A stretch of 63,648 bases of DNA from Paracoccaceae bacterium (lineage in GTDB: Bacteria > Pseudomonadota > Alphaproteobacteria > Rhodobacterales > Rhodobacteraceae). The stretch covers positions 1 through 63,648 of the forward strand of contig JASJCC010000001.1 in NCBI GenBank assembly GCA_030066175.1, given 5' to 3'. The notes beneath the pieces were generated by a model. The model was not told the origin of the DNA. It worked only from the letters and a program-made list of their open reading frames with translations, and did not search any database. The position numbers were made by a program, and so were the translations under genes. Numbering within the stretch: the stretch's first letter is position 1; the number at the start of each line of letters is the position of its first letter. Below are positions 54,742 through 63,648 of this stretch, piece after piece.

Positions 54742-55743
54742 TCAAAACCCCGACACCACGCCCGCGCCAATGGGCATGCCCTCTTCCACAATCACAAACC
54801 GTTGGAATTGTCCGATAGAGAGCGGCGCATCGAGTGTGATGGTCACCCAAGGGTTGTCCCCCGGATTCACTATTTCCGTTCCCTCCGACAATCTGATGGT
54901 CCCAACCACCGCACCGGATGAGAATTGAAAGGTCGCGCGGTGCTCACGGAAAAACGGCCTGCGTCGCCCGCCTTCGCCCGTGGTGAGCATATAGAGCTCT
55001 GAGTCAAAAGTGGTCTTGGGCGTGCCATCAGAACCCGTATCGGCAGCGGGTGCCTGCAAGATTTCCTTCTGCACGGCCGTCAGCAATTCGTTGATCTTCG
55101 CTTGCCCGTTCTCAGGGTCTCTGCCTTCCAGGGCGTCCAGAGCCGACCCGGCGATGATCGTCGTTTCCTCACCCGGATAGCCGTACGCGGAAAGCAGCTC
55201 TCGAATGTGCCTCTCGACGCTTTCCATAAACCCGACACTGCCCCCCGGGTAGTCATCGTTCACCATGTCTGTCTTGTTCAGAAAAACGACGAGGTTTTGA
55301 ATGCCGACCCTATTCCCAATTTCAAGATGATGTCCTGTCTGAGGCATAGGGCCGTCCGTGACGTTCACGACAAGAATGGCACCTTTTGGGCGCACATTTC
55401 CAAAGATCATCGACTTGATGATGTCCGCATGGCCTGGAAAGTCGAGCAAAGACACACTTGCGCCGTCCCAGCTGTACCCGACCTTTTGCCTAGAGTACTC
55501 GGTCAGCGGAGAGTCCGCCAGCGAGGCTTCGTTGATCTCAGGATAAGACAGATCCGCGCCATACGCAGACGATATCGCCGCAGCCAAGGTCGTCTTGCCA
55601 TGGTCCACATGCCCAATGATGAACACATCCGGCTCTGGCATCACTGCCGATGATTGCGCGCTTCCCCTCGCGCCAAGGGATACCCCCACCAACGCCGCCA
55701 CCCCCGACAAAAGCGCATCGCGTCGTTTCATGGTAAATGACAT
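54742..55743 (-). CDS. EF-Tu-derived GTPase paralog: G domain plus domain III, no domain II, with an N-terminal twin-arginine-like signal or anchor
   Basis: ORF 54742..55788. The start MSFTMKRRDALLSGVAALVGVSLGARGSAQS (ATG 55743) lies 7 nt after AAGGAG. G motifs are GHVDHGKTT, DFPGHADIIKSMI, GAILVVNVTDGPMPQT, NKTD and SAL. Domain III is recognisable from GEGGRRRPFF...NPGDN...IGAGVV. Confidence 0.8.
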   Translation of the reverse strand: MSFTMKRRDALLSGVAALVGVSLGARGSAQSSAVMPEPDVFIIGHVDHGKTTLAAAISSAYGADLSYPEINEASLADSPLTEYSRQKVGYSWDGASVSLLDFPGHADIIKSMIFGNVRPKGAILVVNVTDGPMPQTGHHLEIGNRVGIQNLVVFLNKTDMVNDDYPGGSVGFMESVERHIRELLSAYGYPGEETTIIAGSALDALEGRDPENGQAKINELLTAVQKEILQAPAADTGSDGTPKTTFDSELYMLTTGEGGRRRPFFREHRATFQFSSGAVVGTIRLSEGTEIVNPGDNPWVTITLDAPLSIGQFQRFVIVEEGMPIGAGVVSGF

Positions 55744-55903
55744 TCCCAATCTCCTTAGCTCAGCGAAACCGACGGCACCGCTGTTCAATCAGGGATAGAA
55801 TACAAAAGCTGGCACTGCCTGACGAGCCACCTCATCGCAGCCCGCCCCGCCCTCCGGCACGCCGGACAATCGGCACATGGTTGCGGCCAGCAAAAACGTC
55901 CCA

Positions 55904-55952
55904 CTGACGCGTCAGAACGTCGGACAGAATGGACCATACACGCGAATCGCGT
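55904..55952. promoter_or_regulatory. Two perfect palindromes in the divergent promoter region of the EF-Tu-like / TIR pair
   Basis: CTGACGCGTCAG lies at 55904-55915 and is flanked by direct AACGTC repeats. ACGCGAaTCGCGT lies at 55940-55952. Both are 33-81 nt upstream of the TIR gene's ATG. Confidence 0.35.
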
Positions 55953-55984
55953 TTAAGCTGCATCGGCAAACCCAAGTGATTGGT

Positions 55985-57532
55985 ATGACCAGCAAGATTG
56001 ACGTCTTCATCAGCTACAAACGTGAGGAGCGCGCTCTGTCCGAGCGCGTCAAACGCGCGTTGATCGATGCGGGCTACACGGCGGTCACCGATCTCAATAT
56101 CGGTAAGAATGACGAATTCGGCGACGCAATCGACACGATGATCCGCACGGCGTCGCTGACCCTGGTGCTCTGGACGCGCGAAGCGGCAGGGTCGGACTGG
56201 GTCCGCAAAGAGGCACGCCTGGCGCGCGATCTGCAAAAGGCCGGCAAGGGCAACCACTACCTCGGTGTGATGGTCGAAGATGTCGACCTCGACCTGCCGC
56301 CCGATCTGCGCGGCCTGCAGATGGTCGATATCCACGGGGGCGGGCTCGACGACGACGGGTTGGCGCAGGTGCTGGACGACGTCCGCGAGATCCTCGGCGC
56401 CGAGGCACGTCAAACCGCGCAAACCGCCGAGGCCGATAATGCGGCCCTGACCGAGGAATGGCAACTCTACATCCTCGCCCGGTCCATCAACGTCGCCGCC
56501 GCTTATGAACGGTATCTGCGCAAATACCCGCAGGGCGAGTTTGCCCAAGACGCCATTCTACAATTACAAAAATTAAGACCTTTAGCCTCGTTTCGACGTG
56601 GAGTAGGCAGTTTTTTGGCCAAATTGATGGATGCGCCCAGCGCCAAAACAGATTTGAATCAGCAAATCCAGGATAGTACATCAAATAAAAAAGTCGATGC
56701 CAAAAGCAATCGTAAGAGTAATTCGAAAAAGATATCAATAGCATCCAAGGTTACTCAGGACAGAGAAATTCTCAAAATCCGTGAAATTGATGGGCTCCTT
56801 ACTCACCAAGAAACTTCCATAGAAATAGATCCTCAATATTTGAAGTTTGCTCAACTTGCCTTGGAAAACCTAAAGCTAGATGAAAATACTTACGGTCTAT
56901 TGAGGGAGGTTTCTTTTTGCTTGGAGCTATCAATTTATAATGCATCAGATGAGACTTTTTTGCTTGAGTCCTTGCAGCTGCTAAGAGAGCAAATCTTGCA
57001 TCAGGGCAACGTTGACCAAGAACTGCGCCCGGACAAAAATCCCACCATACGGATTTCACTCAATTATATATCAAAGTCATTGCAATGCCTGGCGGATCGT
57101 TCGACACAAGATGTAGGTAACCAAACAGGAGAAAAGGAGTATGGAGAAATTATAATTCAAAACGAAGAAACGTTCACTGCAGTTTTAAATGCAAGCGAGG
57201 AATTGGAGGTTGTCTCTGATGATGCACTCAAAAGAGAAATACAAACGCTTAGAGAGATTTCAAGGAATAGCCAATCACCCTTGTCTGCACGAGCTCTGGC
57301 CGCCGGCAGGATCACAGCGCTTATCGCTAATGCATGGATTATTGCTACCGTTTCTCGCGTTAGTCAGACAGCAGAAAGGATAGACAACATAACTGAAAAG
57401 TCAGCGCGAATAATCAAAAATACTACAATAATTGTAGGCGGTAGTAGTGCCGCAGTCGCAACGGTAGCGTACCTCTCAAAAGCTGAAAACCTGAAAAAGG
57501 CCCTCTCTCTTTTGGAGAACCTCTTAAGGTGA
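55985..57532 (+). CDS. TIR-domain protein with a helical, low-GC C-terminal region ending in two hydrophobic segments
   Basis: ORF 55877..57532, with the likely start MTSKIDVFISYKREE (ATG 55985). TIR hallmarks are DVFISY and SDWVRKEA (W-x-x-x-E). A YbgF/TPR-like YERYLRKYPQGEFAQDA follows. From about 56555 onward the sequence is AT-rich and its domain is unknown. Confidence 0.8.
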   Translation: MTSKIDVFISYKREERALSERVKRALIDAGYTAVTDLNIGKNDEFGDAIDTMIRTASLTLVLWTREAAGSDWVRKEARLARDLQKAGKGNHYLGVMVEDVDLDLPPDLRGLQMVDIHGGGLDDDGLAQVLDDVREILGAEARQTAQTAEADNAALTEEWQLYILARSINVAAAYERYLRKYPQGEFAQDAILQLQKLRPLASFRRGVGSFLAKLMDAPSAKTDLNQQIQDSTSNKKVDAKSNRKSNSKKISIASKVTQDREILKIREIDGLLTHQETSIEIDPQYLKFAQLALENLKLDENTYGLLREVSFCLELSIYNASDETFLLESLQLLREQILHQGNVDQELRPDKNPTIRISLNYISKSLQCLADRSTQDVGNQTGEKEYGEIIIQNEETFTAVLNASEELEVVSDDALKREIQTLREISRNSQSPLSARALAAGRITALIANAWIIATVSRVSQTAERIDNITEKSARIIKNTTIIVGGSSAAVATVAYLSKAENLKKALSLLENLLR

Positions 57533-57644
57533 AACTGCCAGTGTCACTTGGCCCAAAGACACGAAAGCAACCAAAAATTGCTAGCAATGCCGTGGTTGAA
57601 AGAATGCGCATTAAGGGACTTCGTGCAATTCCGCCGGCGTGCTG

Positions 57645-58139
57645 CTACAACCGCCGATACATCACCAGCGCGTCCACCTCACCTTCGACTGGATGCCGGA
57701 AGGCCCCCGGCAACCGCCCGACCACGTCAAAGCCGGCGCGTTGCCAGGTCTCTATGGCGCGGGTGTTGGTGGCGATGACGAAGTTGTATTGCATGGCGGT
57801 GAAGCCAAACCCTGGCGCCACCTCCAAAGAATGCGCCAACATCGCCCGCGCAACGCCGCGGCCTTGGGCGGCAGGCGCAGTGATGTAGCCGCAATTGCAG
57901 ACATGTGACCCGCCGCCTTTCTGGTTGCGCACCATGTAGTAGGTGCCCAAGGCGACCCCGTCCTCTTCGGCGACAAAGACCCGCCGCTCCGGCCCGGTCC
58001 AATAGGCCAGGGCGTCGGCCTCTGAGATATCCGGGTCGATCGCATAGGTGTCGCCAGCGCGGAATACCGGCATCAGCATCGCCGTCACGACCTCGGCATC
58101 CTCGCGCCGATAGGGGCGGAGCGTGATCCCCTGCTTCAT
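57645..58139 (-). CDS. GNAT family N-acetyltransferase
   Basis: 164 aa. The acetyl-CoA binding motif is QGRGVARAML. Confidence 0.85.
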   Translation of the reverse strand: MKQGITLRPYRREDAEVVTAMLMPVFRAGDTYAIDPDISEADALAYWTGPERRVFVAEEDGVALGTYYMVRNQKGGGSHVCNCGYITAPAAQGRGVARAMLAHSLEVAPGFGFTAMQYNFVIATNTRAIETWQRAGFDVVGRLPGAFRHPVEGEVDALVMYRRL

Positions 58140-58196
58140 CTTGCCAGAAAAACTCCCGCCGGAGGCTCCCGCAGTCTCAACCTGCGCAACGCCCGG

Positions 58197-59315
<1,119 letters not shown>

Positions 59316-59450
59316 ATCCCTCCCGTGGAAATCCGTTTTGCACAGCCTTGCGCGAAACCGGCATACATCGCAAGAGCCGCCTTCTTTCTTGTGCCGCCCG
59401 CGCCCCTTGGCTATTCCGGGTCAAACAGCGTTTCAGGGGAGGAGCGTACA

Positions 59451-61214
59451 ATGCTCAAGCGTCCGTTCGACAAAGCCAAATTGCCCAGCCGCCATGTCAC
59501 CGAAGGGCCCGAGCGCGCGCCGCATCGGTCTTATTACTACGCCATGGGCATGACCGAGGAAGAGATCCACCAGCCCCTCGTTGGCGTCGCCACCTGCTGG
59601 AACGAAGCGGCGCCCTGCAACATCGCGCTGAACCGTCAGGCGCAGGCGGTCAAGATGGGGGTCAAGCAGGCCTTCGGCACCCCGCGTGAGTTTACCACCA
59701 TCACCGTGACCGACGGCATCGCCATGGGGCATGAGGGCATGCGCTCTTCCCTGGCCTCGCGCGAGGCGATTGCCGACACGGTGGAACTCACGATGCGCGG
59801 CCATTCCTATGACGCGCTGGTTGGCCTTGCCGGTTGTGACAAATCCCTGCCGGGGATGATGATGGCGATGGTCCGGCTCAACGTGCCGTCGGTGTTCATA
59901 TACGGCGGCTCGATCCTGCCGGGCAAGGCGCCGGCCGTGCCGGGCATGCCGGCCGATTTCGCCGAGCGTGACCTGACCGTGCAGGACATGTTCGAGGCGG
60001 TTGGCCGCCACCAGAACAACGAGCTCTCAGACGAGGCGCTTGACGTGCTGGAACGCGTGGCCTGCCCCTCGGCCGGGGCCTGCGGCGGCCAGTTCACCGC
60101 CAACACCATGGCCTGCGTGTCCGAGGCAGTGGGCCTCGCGCTCTTCAACTCATCCGGCATGCCTGCACCGTATGAATCTCGCGACCAGTATGGTGAGGCC
60201 TCGGGCCGCGCCGTCATGGACCTCATTGAAAACGGTATCCGCGCGCGCGACATCGTCACGCTGAAATCGCTGGAAAACGCCGCCCGCGTCGTGGCCTGCA
60301 CCGGTGGGTCGACCAATGCCGGTCTGCACCTGCCAGCCATCGCGCATGAGGCCGGCATCGACTTTTTCCTCGACGATGTCTGTGAGATTTTCCGCGACAC
60401 GCCCTATTTCGTCGACCTCAAGCCCGGCGGGCAATACGTCGCCAAAGACCTCTACGAGGCCGGCGGCCTGCCCGTGGTGATGAAGGAACTGCGCAAGGCG
60501 GGTCTCATCCACGAGGATTGCATGACGGCCAGCGGCTACAGCGTCGGAGAAGAGCTCGACAAGGTCACGCGTGAGGCCGATGGCAAGGTGATCTACCCGA
60601 TCGACAACCCGCTGACCAAGACCGGCGGTGTCGTCGGCCTCAAGGGCAACCTCGCCCCGCAAGGCGCCATCGTGAAGGTGGCGGGGATCGACACCCAGCA
60701 CCAGCGCTTTGTCGGCCCGGCGCGGATCTTTGAAAGCGAGGAAGACGCCTTTGCCGCCGTCAAGGCGCGCGAATACAAAGAGGGTGAGGTCATCGTCATC
60801 CGCAACGAAGGCCCCGCTGGCGGCCCCGGCATGCGTGAAATGCTCGCCACCACGGCCGCCCTCAGCGGTCAGGGTATGGGCAAGAAGGTGGCCCTGATCA
60901 CCGATGGCCGCTTTTCCGGCGCCACCCGCGGCTTCTGCATCGGCCATGTCGGCCCCGAGGCGGCGCATGGCGGCCCGATTGCCCTGATCCAAAACGGCGA
61001 CACCATCACCATCGACGCCACCACCGGAGAATTGTCGGTGGACCTCAGCGACGATGAACTGGCCGCGCGCAAAGAAAACTGGTCCGGCCCGCGTGACACG
61101 ATCTATGCCTCGGGCGCGCTGTGGAAATTCGCCCAGCTGGTGGGCGAAACCTACAAGGGCGCGGTGACCCACCCAGGCGGCAAGGCGGAAAAGCACATTT
61201 ACGCCGATATCTGA
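59451..61214 (+). CDS. ilvD: Dihydroxy-acid dehydratase
   Basis: This is the 3' part of ORF 59061..61214. The start [19 protein letters not shown] follows GGGGAGGAG. IlvD signatures are [11 protein letters not shown] and [14 protein letters not shown]. Confidence 0.95.
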   Translation: MLKRPFDKAKLPSRHVTEGPERAPHRSYYYAMGMTEEEIHQPLVGVATCWNEAAPCNIALNRQAQAVKMGVKQAFGTPREFTTITVTDGIAMGHEGMRSSLASREAIADTVELTMRGHSYDALVGLAGCDKSLPGMMMAMVRLNVPSVFIYGGSILPGKAPAVPGMPADFAERDLTVQDMFEAVGRHQNNELSDEALDVLERVACPSAGACGGQFTANTMACVSEAVGLALFNSSGMPAPYESRDQYGEASGRAVMDLIENGIRARDIVTLKSLENAARVVACTGGSTNAGLHLPAIAHEAGIDFFLDDVCEIFRDTPYFVDLKPGGQYVAKDLYEAGGLPVVMKELRKAGLIHEDCMTASGYSVGEELDKVTREADGKVIYPIDNPLTKTGGVVGLKGNLAPQGAIVKVAGIDTQHQRFVGPARIFESEEDAFAAVKAREYKEGEVIVIRNEGPAGGPGMREMLATTAALSGQGMGKKVALITDGRFSGATRGFCIGHVGPEAAHGGPIALIQNGDTITIDATTGELSVDLSDDELAARKENWSGPRDTIYASGALWKFAQLVGETYKGAVTHPGGKAEKHIYADI

Positions 61215-61915
61215 TGCGCTGGGCGGTCCTCGCGCTGACCGGTGTCCTGCTGGCGGGCTGTGATACCAGCGCGCCGGTGTCCAACCCCGATGGCAACACG
61301 CGGCAGGGCGGCTTTCTGGCCGGCTTGCTGCGGCCCCCGGGCGGCAGCGACTTGGCCAAACCTTTCGCCCAGGTGCCGCTGGCCGGTGGCAAGGTGATCG
61401 TCGCGGGCCCCGACGGCTATTGCATCGACCCCGAAACGCTCGACTCGCGCCCCGCCCGCGGTTTTGCCGTCATCGCCTCGTGCCACATCCTCACCGCTGG
61501 TGAGACCAACAGCCCGGTCATCCCGTCGCTTGTCACCGTCACGGTCGGAAGCAAACAGGAAGGCGAAACCCTGCCCGACCCCAATGCCCTCGCTGCCTTG
61601 GCCGAGGCGCCCTTGCTCGAAGGCGATCAGACCGACGACATGGTTGCCGCGCTCCTGGCGCAGGGCGGCGACGCATTGCTCGAAGGCGGCGATCCGCGCC
61701 ACTGGCGCGCGGCCTTTCTGCAGGGGGATTACCTTGTCGGCCTCGCCCTCTATGCGCCGGAAAACAGCGCCAAAATCGGCCCCGCCGGGCTCGACTTCCT
61801 GCGCCGGGTCAAGGCACGCATCCAGGAACTCAGCCCACCCGCCGCAGCCCCTGTCACAACCGCGGACAGGCCTGTCCGGGAACCGGGCCTTCTCAGGCGT
61901 TTATTCAATCGTTAA
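61214..61915 (+). CDS. Lipoprotein of unknown function
   Basis: ORF 61121..61915. The start [16 protein letters not shown] carries a lipobox (LAGC). Its ATG overlaps the ilvD stop (TGATG). Confidence 0.7.
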   Translation: MRWAVLALTGVLLAGCDTSAPVSNPDGNTRQGGFLAGLLRPPGGSDLAKPFAQVPLAGGKVIVAGPDGYCIDPETLDSRPARGFAVIASCHILTAGETNSPVIPSLVTVTVGSKQEGETLPDPNALAALAEAPLLEGDQTDDMVAALLAQGGDALLEGGDPRHWRAAFLQGDYLVGLALYAPENSAKIGPAGLDFLRRVKARIQELSPPAAAPVTTADRPVREPGLLRRLFNR

Positions 61916-61984
61916 GTAATGTCATACTAGGAAAGAGGCGCAGAACCGCCCCGACCAGAGCAGACCAAGGTAACAGAGGCCCCC

Positions 61985-62758
61985 ATGGCAGGCGAAAAGC
62001 AGGGATGGATCGACCGCACGCTGCACCAGGGTGTGCTGCGCCGCTGGTCCCGTGCCGCCGATGCTGCGCGCGACACCGACATTCCCGAACTGCGCCGCCA
62101 ACGCGCCAATGCCCGCCGCCTGAAACAGCATCTAGACAAGCTCATTCACGTCGCCGAAAGCCGCCTGGCCCTGCCGATGCTGGGCAACCAGTCCTTTCCG
62201 CGCCCCGTCGATGCCGACTGGGCCTGGCGGCCCGAGCTTTGGTGCGGCCCGCTGCCAGTGCCGGGCTATTCGACCGTGCAGTCGAAAACCATGCTGGGGC
62301 GCGAGGCGACGCTGTTTCACGATTGCCATCATTCCGAGATCACCCTGCGCCAGCTGCGCAACATGCGTGAGGCCGACCTTGCCGCCTATGGCCTGCGGCT
62401 CGACGTCTTCAAATTCGACGGCTCGTACCTGTCGCTCGCCATCGACCTGCCCGAGGTTGCCCACCAGAACCTGCGCCGCAAGCATCTGATACGGCTGGAA
62501 ACCATCGTCGAGATGGAAAAGCGGATCGAAATCTTTGCCCGGCTCAACATCAAACACGGCCCCAACACCGAACAGATTGTCCGCGAACTGCCCCTGCACC
62601 AAGAGGAAGTGCGCGTCGAATTTGACCTCGCCTACACCAAGCTCAATGAAAAGCGGGTCGAACGCATGTGGCTGGACCTGATCTTTGAAGGCCCGCAAAT
62701 GAACCAGATCATCCTGCGCGACCTGACCTTCAGCCGCCGCAAACGGGCCGAACTCTGA
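61985..62758 (+). CDS. Conserved-looking hypothetical protein
   Basis: 257-aa ORF with normal composition for this genome. I could not confidently name a family. Confidence 0.6.
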   Translation: MAGEKQGWIDRTLHQGVLRRWSRAADAARDTDIPELRRQRANARRLKQHLDKLIHVAESRLALPMLGNQSFPRPVDADWAWRPELWCGPLPVPGYSTVQSKTMLGREATLFHDCHHSEITLRQLRNMREADLAAYGLRLDVFKFDGSYLSLAIDLPEVAHQNLRRKHLIRLETIVEMEKRIEIFARLNIKHGPNTEQIVRELPLHQEEVRVEFDLAYTKLNEKRVERMWLDLIFEGPQMNQIILRDLTFSRRKRAEL

Positions 62759-62760
62759 TT

Positions 62761-63153
62761 ATGAAAGACCGGGGTATGAGCGCTTATTCTCTGACCAAGA
62801 CACGCTTCAAGGAAGGCATGTGGGAGGGGCTGCTGGTCGCCCAGCAAGGCACCGTCGCGCCGCCGGAAATCATGGTCACCCTGCGCGACCAATCGGTGCG
62901 TGGCGTCACCGTCGCCGAAACCGCCGAGGCCGGCCGCTGGGTCGTCGAAGTGCCCGTCCCGATCGAGGCCGTGGGCGACGGTGTGCAGACCTTCCTGATC
63001 ATCGACGCCCATGCCGACGCGGTGCTCGAAAGCTTCACCATGATTGCCGGCGAAGTGCTCGGCGACGACATCCGCGCCGAGGTCGAGCTCCTCCGCGCCG
63101 AACTCGACATGCTAAAACGCGCCTTCCGCCGCCACTGCCTGGAAACCATGTGA
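62761..63153 (+). CDS. Hypothetical protein
   Basis: 130-aa ORF beginning 3 nt after the previous stop, with a coiled-coil-like C-terminus. An internal start at MSAYSL is also possible. Confidence 0.55.
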   Translation: MKDRGMSAYSLTKTRFKEGMWEGLLVAQQGTVAPPEIMVTLRDQSVRGVTVAETAEAGRWVVEVPVPIEAVGDGVQTFLIIDAHADAVLESFTMIAGEVLGDDIRAEVELLRAELDMLKRAFRRHCLETM

Positions 63154-63424
63154 CGCGACAGCGCGCGCTGCTTTCGGCAGGCAACGGAAGACTCGGCGCC
63201 AAATCTGGTGCATTTCTCACCTGCGATTAACCGTAACACCGATTACCCTTAACGCCCGCACAGCGGAAATCGCGCCAACGGTCCTGCCTTCTCTGGTTCA
63301 AAAATACCTCGGAGTCTGGGGCAGAGCCCCAGTCCGCCCTTGGAGGCCGGTGCCCCTGGCGGGGTCTGATTGACCTTCCGCACGAGTCCGATCACTTTGC
63401 CACCACCCCGGAAAGGACCACCCC

Positions 63425-63648
63425 ATGTCCCCGATGCGCGGCATTGCGCTGAAACTGACCTCTGTCCTGCTCTTCACGATCATGGCCTCGCTTATCAAGG
63501 CGACCTCGGCGGATGTTCCCCCGGGCGAGGCGGTGTTCTTCCGGTCGTTCTTTGCCATGCCGGTGATCCTAGGCTGGCTCGCCTGGCAGGGCACACTCAG
63601 CACTGGGCTCAAGGCGCAGCGCCCGATGGGGCATGTCTGGCGCGGGCT
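63425..63648 (+). CDS. DMT (EamA/RhaT-like) family transporter, 3'-truncated by the window edge
   Basis: Manual translation from ATG 63425 gives MSPMRGIALKLTSVLLFTIMASLIKATSADVPPGEAVFFRSFFAMPVILGWLAW. This matches the typical EamA N-terminus. Confidence 0.7.
   Translation, partial: MSPMRGIALKLTSVLLFTIMASLIKATSADVPPGEAVFFRSFFAMPVILGWLAWQGTLSTGLKAQRPMGHVWRG

Noticed and set aside
54284-54928. A 214-aa + strand ORF spanning the gap and the 3' end of the EF-Tu-like gene
   Set aside because: Its translation is Ser/Pro/Thr/Cys-rich and not protein-like. It runs antisense into the strongly supported EF-Tu-like gene. A different frame over 54283-54666 looks more protein-like.
52530-57625. Shared 8-mers at the island edges as possible att direct repeats. 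AGGGACTT and AAAGACAC occur near 52545-52570 and again near 57555-57625.
   Set aside because: Their order is inverted between the two sides, they are only 8 nt long, and about one chance 8-mer match is expected for regions of this size. No integrase or tRNA is present.
63316-63332. Hairpin CTGGGGC-aga-GCCCCAG in the 271-bp gap before the DMT transporter gene, as a possible terminator or sRNA
   Set aside because: No adjacent U-tract lies in the + orientation. In the - orientation the T-run is 12 nt away from the stem. The evidence is not enough for a call.

Overview
This is a high-GC alphaproteobacterial chromosome segment that looks Rhodobacteraceae-like. That taxon call is an inference from gene content, an alpha-type GTTC-N7-GTTC SOS box and an Irr ICE box. 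I call about 70 protein genes, tightly packed, many with 4-nt start/stop overlaps. Most are core functions: a MoxR/DUF58/Bat-like operon, polA, nth, accD-folC, serB, ilvD, zapE, and glutathione-dependent formaldehyde detoxification (fghA, adhC). There is also a copC-copD-multicopper oxidase-cytochrome c copper operon, an mbfA-type iron exporter, and a GntR-controlled catabolic cluster containing an MttB-family methyltransferase. I recognised no rRNA, tRNA, CRISPR array, transposase or integrase. The standout is a lower-GC accessory island at about 52.1-57.6 kb with no mobility genes. It holds small immunity-like ORFs and a head-to-head pair of genes. One encodes a TIR-domain protein with an abrupt GC drop inside the gene. 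The other encodes an EF-Tu-derived GTPase that lacks domain II and carries a twin-arginine-like signal or anchor. I propose this pair as a candidate undescribed conflict (defence) module. Other points worth checking: a phased array of TGAAC-N6-GTTCA palindromes plus an ICE box around a TetR gene, an unlisted small secreted peptide and mbfA; a CueR/MerR-type 19-bp-spacer promoter for the copper operon; an SOS-boxed imuB with no imuA or dnaE2 beside it; a lower-GC ORF translationally wedged into the catabolic operon; and a second low-GC islet next to a DUF2235 lipase-like gene. All product calls come from motif recognition by eye. No database search was run.
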